From NCBI GenBank assembly GCA_050174015.1, contig JBFXKG010000004.1:165501-229500 (forward strand): a stretch of DNA of 64,000 nucleotides, written 5' to 3'. The notes beneath the pieces are model-generated. The model was not told the DNA's origin. It saw only the letters and a list, made by a program, of their open reading frames with translations, and ran no database searches. Of this stretch, positions 58,410 through 64,000 are shown one piece after another. The translations under genes were made by a program, and so were the position numbers. This stretch comes from Candidatus Krumholzibacteriia bacterium. Lineage in GTDB: Bacteria > Krumholzibacteriota > Krumholzibacteriia > LZORAL124-64-63. Every line of letters starts with the position of its first letter. Position 1 is the stretch's first letter.

Positions 58410-59870
58410 ATGCCCGCCAAGACCGCCGTCCGGACGCGTCACCTGATGCGTCGCTTGAACATCTTCGGCCTCGACCACCTCGATCCCGTCATCCTGGCCG
58501 CCCTGGCCGACGAGCGGCCGCTGCTGCTCATCGGCGCCCACGGCACCGCCAAGTCCGAGCTGCTGAACCGTCTGGCGGCCGTCCTCGGCCTCGAGCACCG
58601 CCACTTCAACGCCAGCCTGATCAGCTTCGACGACCTGCTCGGCTACCCCGTCCCCGACGACGACCGCACCGGCCTGGTCTACCTGCGCACCCCGGGCGAC
58701 CTGTGGGGCGCCGAGTCGGTGTTCCTCGACGAGATCTCACGCTGCCGGCCCGAGACCCAGAACAAGCTGTTCGCCGTCATCCACGAGAAGAGGGTGCAGG
58801 GCCTGGCACTGGAGAGGCTTCGGTACCGCTGGGCCGCCATGAATCCCCCCGTGGCCCTGGACGGCGATCCCGGCGACGGCCAGGACGCCTACCTCGGCTC
58901 CCTGCCCCTGGATCCGGCCCTGGCCGACCGCTTCCCCTGGGTGGTGGCGGTGCCGCGTCTGGAGGACATGAGCGTCAAGGACCGGCGCCTGCTGCTGGCC
59001 GGTGGCGGTGACCGGCCCGAGGATGACGGGGCCATCGGCGACCTGGTCGGCCGGACGCGGGCGAAACTGGCCTCGGCCGCCGCCACCGGGGCCGGCGACT
59101 GGATCACCGCCTACGTGGACGGCCTGATCGCTCCGCTGCACGAGGCCGGGCTGACGGTGAGCGGGCGCCGCGCGATCTCCCTCTGCCGTTCCGTCGCCGC
59201 CGTCCGGGCGGCCTGCCTGGCGCTGGGCCGCAAGGCCGACCTGCCTGGTGCCGCCTTCCTCGCCCTCAAGTGGGGCCTGCCCCACCGGGCGCTCGGACGC
59301 CGGATCGACGAGCCTGCACTGCGGGCCATCCACCGCCTGGCCGCGAAGACCGCGGCCGCGCACGAGAACTCGCCCTGGAGGTCCATCCGCGGGGAGGTCG
59401 ATCCGGTCCGCCGAGTGGCCGTGGCTCTGGCCCATCCGGACGGCGCGGTCGAACGCCTGGAGATGAGCCAGCTGGTGCTCGATGCGATCGCAGCCCAGGA
59501 GCCGGCCCACCGGACCGCCCTGGCCCTGAACCTGCTGCCTGTGTTCTCGGAGCGCGACCTGCTGACCGCCATGGCCTTCGAGGAGCTGGCCAACCTGGCA
59601 TCCCCGGTGCTGGAGTTCACCGAGGCGGGCGAGCAGACCATCCTGGCCCACCGCAATCGGGCGGGGGAGTGGGACCGCATCCTGGCCGCCGTCACCCGCC
59701 TGGAGAAGGCCGGCGCCCCCGACTTGGCCGAGACGGGCAACCTGCTGTTCGCCCTGTTCGCGGCGGAGCTGGGGGCGTTCGATCCGGACGAGGTGGTCGG
59801 ACGGTACCGCCAGTGGCGCTCCTTGTTCCGCCGCACCCGCGCCTACGCCGGCGCCGAGGAGGCCGCGTGA
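58410..59870 (+). CDS. MoxR-family AAA+ ATPase
   Basis: GAHGTAKS, DDLLGYP, VFLDEISR, QNKLF, AAMNP, LDPALADRF, SGRR. Confidence 0.9.
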   Translation: MPAKTAVRTRHLMRRLNIFGLDHLDPVILAALADERPLLLIGAHGTAKSELLNRLAAVLGLEHRHFNASLISFDDLLGYPVPDDDRTGLVYLRTPGDLWGAESVFLDEISRCRPETQNKLFAVIHEKRVQGLALERLRYRWAAMNPPVALDGDPGDGQDAYLGSLPLDPALADRFPWVVAVPRLEDMSVKDRRLLLAGGGDRPEDDGAIGDLVGRTRAKLASAAATGAGDWITAYVDGLIAPLHEAGLTVSGRRAISLCRSVAAVRAACLALGRKADLPGAAFLALKWGLPHRALGRRIDEPALRAIHRLAAKTAAAHENSPWRSIRGEVDPVRRVAVALAHPDGAVERLEMSQLVLDAIAAQEPAHRTALALNLLPVFSERDLLTAMAFEELANLASPVLEFTEAGEQTILAHRNRAGEWDRILAAVTRLEKAGAPDLAETGNLLFALFAAELGAFDPDEVVGRYRQWRSLFRRTRAYAGAEEAA

Positions 59871-60499
59871 TGCGGCCCGGCATGGTCCTGGACGAACCCG
59901 CCATCCCCTGCGGCCGCGCGGCCTACGCCAACATGAGCGCGCCCCCGCGCATGGAGATCAAGATCAAGCCGTTCGTGCGGCCGGGCCCGGCCGGATCGGA
60001 GGCTGCCGCGGCGGCGGCCTCCCCGGCCCCCCTTGGCTCCCATGGCCTGTTCCCCATCGGCCAGGTCGATCTGGCCAGGCTGTGCCGCCAGGTCATTCCG
60101 CACCCCCGGAAACTTTCCGTTCCGAAAGCCAAGCAGCGGATCGCCGCCCTGGTCTACCTGTCGCGGCTGGCCGCAGGGATCGGGCCGGGCGATGTCCTCA
60201 CCCTCTACGGCGAGGGCAACGACCTCCTGATGGACGAACTGCGGACCAACGCAGCTCTGCTCGATCCGGTGGCCCTGGGCCTGCCGGCCTTCGGGCTGGT
60301 CCGCAAGGTCAAGCGCGACCGGGCCCAGGCCGGGCCCGTCATCACCGATCCCGCCCTGGCCCTGGTCCTGCTGACCCGCACCGCGGGCAAGGTGTTCATC
60401 GCCCGGCGCTCCCCGCGCGTCTCCCATCTGATCCGCGACGACCACGTCTACCTGTTCTACGGGGCCCCGACCGGTTCCCCGCAAGGAGGGCAACCATGA
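59870..60499 (+). CDS. Hypothetical protein (209 aa, start uncertain)
   Basis: TGATG overlap with MoxR, ATGA overlap with next gene, host-like codon usage. Confidence 0.6.
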   Translation: MRPGMVLDEPAIPCGRAAYANMSAPPRMEIKIKPFVRPGPAGSEAAAAAASPAPLGSHGLFPIGQVDLARLCRQVIPHPRKLSVPKAKQRIAALVYLSRLAAGIGPGDVLTLYGEGNDLLMDELRTNAALLDPVALGLPAFGLVRKVKRDRAQAGPVITDPALALVLLTRTAGKVFIARRSPRVSHLIRDDHVYLFYGAPTGSPQGGQP

Positions 60500-61935
60500 C
60501 CGCCACCGCCCTGTCGGCCGCACGGCTGGCCGACCGCATCTTCGACGCCATCCCCATCACCCAGCTGGCCTTCCTGAAGCTGCTGGGCCTGCTCGAGATC
60601 GAGCTGACCGACGAGGTCCGGACGGCCTGCGTGACCGTCGGCACCCGGTCGCGCCTGCTGCTCAATCCCGGCTTCGTGGAAAAGATGTGTCCCGACGACC
60701 AGGACCTGGTGATGCTCGTCCTGCACGAGCTGAACCACGTCCTGCTGGGCCACACCCGCATTTACGAGACGCCGACCCCGGCGCGCAACTTCGTCTTCGA
60801 CGCCGTGATCAACGCCCACCTGTGCCGGTCCATGCCGTCCCCCGAATGCACCGCCCTGTTCCGGCGGCTCTACCGGGCCGACGTGTTCCCCGAGGCCATC
60901 CTGCGCCCCCCCGAGAACTGGCGGGCCGGCCAGGAAACCTGGGCCCTGACGGGCGCCGCCCTGGAGGCGCATCAGGCCCTGTACGGTGTCCGGTCCCGGA
61001 GGAAGCGCGGGGATCTGGCGGCCACCTACGCCGAGCTCTTCGAACTGCTGGAGAAGGCCGTGCAGGAGGGGGCCCCGGGACTGCCGGGGGCGGAAGGCCA
61101 GGGCGGAGGGCTCGACTTCGACCAGAGCCGTCTGCTGGGGAACCACGGCGACCGGACCGGCGACCTGGATGCCGACCTCGAGGCCGACCCCGACGTCCTG
61201 GACGCCGTCCGCAACATCGTGGCGCAGTGGCCGGCGCTGGAGACCTGTTCGGGCCGCGACCAGGGCGTCGATCCGTCCGAGTTCCGGTTGACCCCCGGCC
61301 AGTCGCGCGCGCAGGCGGTGCGGATCATCCGCGGAGCCCTGATGCGGGTCGCCGACCGGGCGGCCGGCGCGGACGGTCCGCTCTTGCCCTCGACCGCAAT
61401 GGCACCCGGCGTCCTGCCCTACCGCACCCGCCCCGACCGCCGGGCCGAGGTGCGCGCGGCCTTCGGCGTCACCCAGCTCCTGTACGGGACCCGGATTCTG
61501 ACCACCTCGACGGACCGGCTCTCCCGGGTCCACCTCTACCTGGACGTCAGCGGCAGCATGAACCAGGTGCTGCCGTTGATCTACGGCGCGCTGCTGCCCC
61601 TGCAGGACCGCATCCACGAGAAGGTCCACCTGTTTAGCACCGGGGTGCGCGACGTCACGTCCGCCCGCCTGGCCTCGGGCGCGGTCCTGACGGACGGGGG
61701 CACGGACATCGCCTGCGTCACCGGCCACCTCATCGATCACGGGGTGCGCCGCGCCGTGATCATCACCGACGGTTTCGTGGGGCCCATCCCCGCCGGCCAC
61801 CTGGCGCAGCTGCGCAAGCGGCGGGTGGCCCTGGAGGCCGTCCTCACCGACGGCGGAATGGATGCATTCGCCCATGAACTGAACGCCCGGGCCACCATGC
61901 TGCCCGACCTGACCAACCAAGGAGGTTCCCGATGA
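60496..61935 (+). CDS. HEXXH metallopeptidase-like + vWA domain protein (DUF2201-like)
   Basis: TACV..LNPGF, LHELNHVLLGH, DAVIN; DVSGSM, GGTD, ITDG MIDAS; AAGGAGG RBS. Confidence 0.85.
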   Translation: MTATALSAARLADRIFDAIPITQLAFLKLLGLLEIELTDEVRTACVTVGTRSRLLLNPGFVEKMCPDDQDLVMLVLHELNHVLLGHTRIYETPTPARNFVFDAVINAHLCRSMPSPECTALFRRLYRADVFPEAILRPPENWRAGQETWALTGAALEAHQALYGVRSRRKRGDLAATYAELFELLEKAVQEGAPGLPGAEGQGGGLDFDQSRLLGNHGDRTGDLDADLEADPDVLDAVRNIVAQWPALETCSGRDQGVDPSEFRLTPGQSRAQAVRIIRGALMRVADRAAGADGPLLPSTAMAPGVLPYRTRPDRRAEVRAAFGVTQLLYGTRILTTSTDRLSRVHLYLDVSGSMNQVLPLIYGALLPLQDRIHEKVHLFSTGVRDVTSARLASGAVLTDGGTDIACVTGHLIDHGVRRAVIITDGFVGPIPAGHLAQLRKRRVALEAVLTDGGMDAFAHELNARATMLPDLTNQGGSR

Positions 61936-63071
61936 ACGCGACCAGGATCGAAACCGCCGAGCACGTCCTGCCCGGCCATCCCGACAAGCTGTGCGACGCC
62001 GCCGTGGACGCGGTGGTGGAGTTCATCCGCAGCGGCGACGAGTCCAACCCCGCCGATCCCGGCGGGCAGTGCGGCCTCGAAGCCTGCGCGGTCTTCGACG
62101 AGATCCACCTGACCGGCCGCATCGCCACCACCCCGGAGCGGCATCGCACCCTGGACATCCCGGCCATCGTCCGGCGCGTGTACCGGGAAGCGGGATACGG
62201 CGAAGACGCGGCCGGCTACCTCTGGGGCCCCGACCCCGACCGGCTGAAGGTCACCGCCCGCCTCTGCGACGACGGGTTCCAGGACGGGGAGCGCGAGTCG
62301 CGCCACCTCTCGGACGACCAGGCCGTCTGCATCGGCTACGCCCGCAACGACTCCGCGACCGGGTTCCTGCCCCCCGCCCACTGGCTGGCCCGCCGCATCG
62401 CCCGCAACCTGTACGACCTGCGCCTGGAGAAAGGCGCGGGGGAGGTGGGTCCCGACGGCAAGGTGCTCGTGACCGTCCGCACCGACGGCCTGGCCTGGAC
62501 GCCCCTGCGCGTCTCTATCTCGCTGCACCACCACGAGGGCAGCAGCTGGCTGTTCCTGCGCCGGTTCGCCGAGGAGGCAGTCGAGCGCGCCTGCACCGGC
62601 ATGCCCACCCCCGCGGTGGCCCTCAACGGCGCGGGCATGTTCGTCCTGGGCGGCCCCAACGGCGACAACGGCCTCAGCGGCAAGAAGCTGGTGGTCGACG
62701 CCTACGGCCCCACCGTCCCCATCGGGGGCGGCGCCTGGTCGGGCAAGGATCTCCGCAAGGTGGACCGCCTCGGCGGCCTGCTGGCCCGCAGCCTGGCCCT
62801 TCAGGCGGTCGGGCGCTGCGGGGTGCGGGAGGCCCTCGTCACCCTGGAGTACACCCCGGGCTGCGACCGCCCCGCGGGAATCTCGGCCCTGCTGGACGGC
62901 CGGGAGGAGGGGGAGGCGCTGTTGGCGCTGCTGGGCGATCCGGAGATCCGGAACCAGGCGGTCTGGGAGGAGTACGTGGCCTGGGGTGGGGCGCTGCCGG
63001 AGCTGGCCAGGTGGGGGCATCAGGTGGAGGGAGGGGGGTGGGAGGGGGAAGGGGCTGCCGCGATGGTTTGA
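61932..63071 (+). CDS. metK: Divergent methionine adenosyltransferase (SAM synthetase) homolog
   Basis: GHPDKLCD, DDQAVCIGYA, PDGK, GGPNGDNGLSGKKLVVDAYG, GGGAWSGKDLRKVDR. Confidence 0.85.
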   Translation: MNATRIETAEHVLPGHPDKLCDAAVDAVVEFIRSGDESNPADPGGQCGLEACAVFDEIHLTGRIATTPERHRTLDIPAIVRRVYREAGYGEDAAGYLWGPDPDRLKVTARLCDDGFQDGERESRHLSDDQAVCIGYARNDSATGFLPPAHWLARRIARNLYDLRLEKGAGEVGPDGKVLVTVRTDGLAWTPLRVSISLHHHEGSSWLFLRRFAEEAVERACTGMPTPAVALNGAGMFVLGGPNGDNGLSGKKLVVDAYGPTVPIGGGAWSGKDLRKVDRLGGLLARSLALQAVGRCGVREALVTLEYTPGCDRPAGISALLDGREEGEALLALLGDPEIRNQAVWEEYVAWGGALPELARWGHQVEGGGWEGEGAAAMV

Positions 63072-63077
63072 AAGCTT

Positions 63078-63115
63078 GAGGTGGGGGCGACGCCCCGTGG
63101 GGTCGCCGCCTCACC
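63078..63115. terminator. Hairpin after metK-like gene
   Basis: TGAGGTGG..GCGAC..CCC/GGG GTCG CCGCCTCA imperfect inverted repeat between convergent genes. Confidence 0.4.
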
Positions 63116-63167
63116 CCGAGAGCGACCCCTCGGCTGGCTTTGAGCAAAACCTTGAGCCATGGTCCAC

Positions 63168-63476
63168 CTAATCCTCGATTTCCTCCAATCGGTACCATTT
63201 GCAATTAGGGTCAGGTTGTTCTCGGACTTCGGGGGTGAAGGTCGGGGGAAATTGCCAAATAGTATCCTCGGGGAGGATTTCTCCCTTCACCACCGATCCG
63301 TGTGGGCGCCGGTGCGGCATCACTGGAATTGCAGGGCCCCTAACAGATCCTGTCGGAAATTTCTCCACAAATTTCAGAGTCTCCCAGGTGTCCCCAATGG
63401 GCTTGTACCGCTTCCAAAAACTGGAACTCATTGCACCCTCCTTCCATGGCTTTGGCGGACTGAGGTCATTCCCCAT
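63168..63476 (-). CDS. Hypothetical protein
   Basis: 102-aa ORF 9 nt downstream of the HEPN gene; may start at MSSSFW after AAGGAGG. Confidence 0.45.
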   Translation of the reverse strand: MGNDLSPPKPWKEGAMSSSFWKRYKPIGDTWETLKFVEKFPTGSVRGPAIPVMPHRRPHGSVVKGEILPEDTIWQFPPTFTPEVREQPDPNCKWYRLEEIED

Positions 63477-63485
63477 GGGCCTGAT

Positions 63486-63899
63486 TCAAGCGCCACACTG
63501 CTCCCATTCCTGGTATACCCCGCTATTGAGGGTTCTAAGGAGCATTTCGATGGTGAGGGCGTGGTATCGATCCCACTCGTCCGCCATTGGATCGATGGTC
63601 GACCGGTGAGCGTACTCGTTCCTTGCAATTCGGAGTTGCTTGACGAGGCCAAGAGCGGTTTGGGGGTATTGGTGCTTCTCCTCGAGGAGATACCAGATAT
63701 TTTCGGTCAGCTTCAACAGATCGCCCAGGTCCAGAAATTTGAACGCTGTGGGACCCGCCTTACCGAACCTCCTTTTGAATTTGTCGCTGATGTTGGGCAG
63801 AACCAAATCCGGCCACCACCGGTCGGACAGGGTCGGGAGTTTGCGGGACAGGAAGGCCCGAAGATCGCTTACCAGCTGGTCATACTGTTTGGAGTTCAT
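63486..63899 (-). CDS. Swt1-like HEPN domain protein
   Basis: LDLGDLLKL..W..LRIARNEYAH (RX4H motif). Confidence 0.7.
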   Translation of the reverse strand: MNSKQYDQLVSDLRAFLSRKLPTLSDRWWPDLVLPNISDKFKRRFGKAGPTAFKFLDLGDLLKLTENIWYLLEEKHQYPQTALGLVKQLRIARNEYAHRSTIDPMADEWDRYHALTIEMLLRTLNSGVYQEWEQCGA

Positions 63900-64000
63900 G
63901 GCTCTTTCCTTTCGGTTCCGATTGCCACCTGTGAGGACGATGTTCATGGTGGGTCAGGGGGGGAGCTCGCGCAAGGGAAAAACATTGTAAATTGTTTAAA

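Noticed and set aside
58262..59011. 249-aa ORF spanning the riboswitch leader
   Set aside because: Off-frame low-complexity translation overlapping MoxR; region explained by RNA structure

Overview
High-GC bacterial chromosome segment. The FlgD-type Ig C-terminal domains on its secreted proteins suggest an FCB-related lineage such as Krumholzibacteriota/Latescibacterota (inference). Layout: (1) 1-11.7 kb holds secreted proteins, monomeric icd, and two PLP racemases plus a GNAT. (2) 11.7-41.2 kb is an accessory hotspot with many toxin-antitoxin pairs (mostly leaderless), TA debris, sulfotransferase/Wzx/GT2 genes, an EVE-HNH nuclease, a sigma54-type copper operon, signalling genes, and five copies of a palindromic ~65-200 bp element. 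(3) 41.3-57.3 kb is a defence block: NERD-helicase, SBD-HNH, and a low-GC island with PbeABCD-like genes, DndABCDE phosphorothioation genes and AIPR. (4) 57.4-63.1 kb is the standout. A sigma70 promoter is followed by two tandem SAM-II-type riboswitch aptamers, the first coupled to a terminator/antiterminator and the second to an SD-sequestering helix. They lead a translationally coupled operon of MoxR AAA+ ATPase, an orphan protein, a HEXXH-peptidase/vWA protein and a divergent MetK whose methionine-binding residues appear changed. All calls are by-eye motif recognition; no searches were run.
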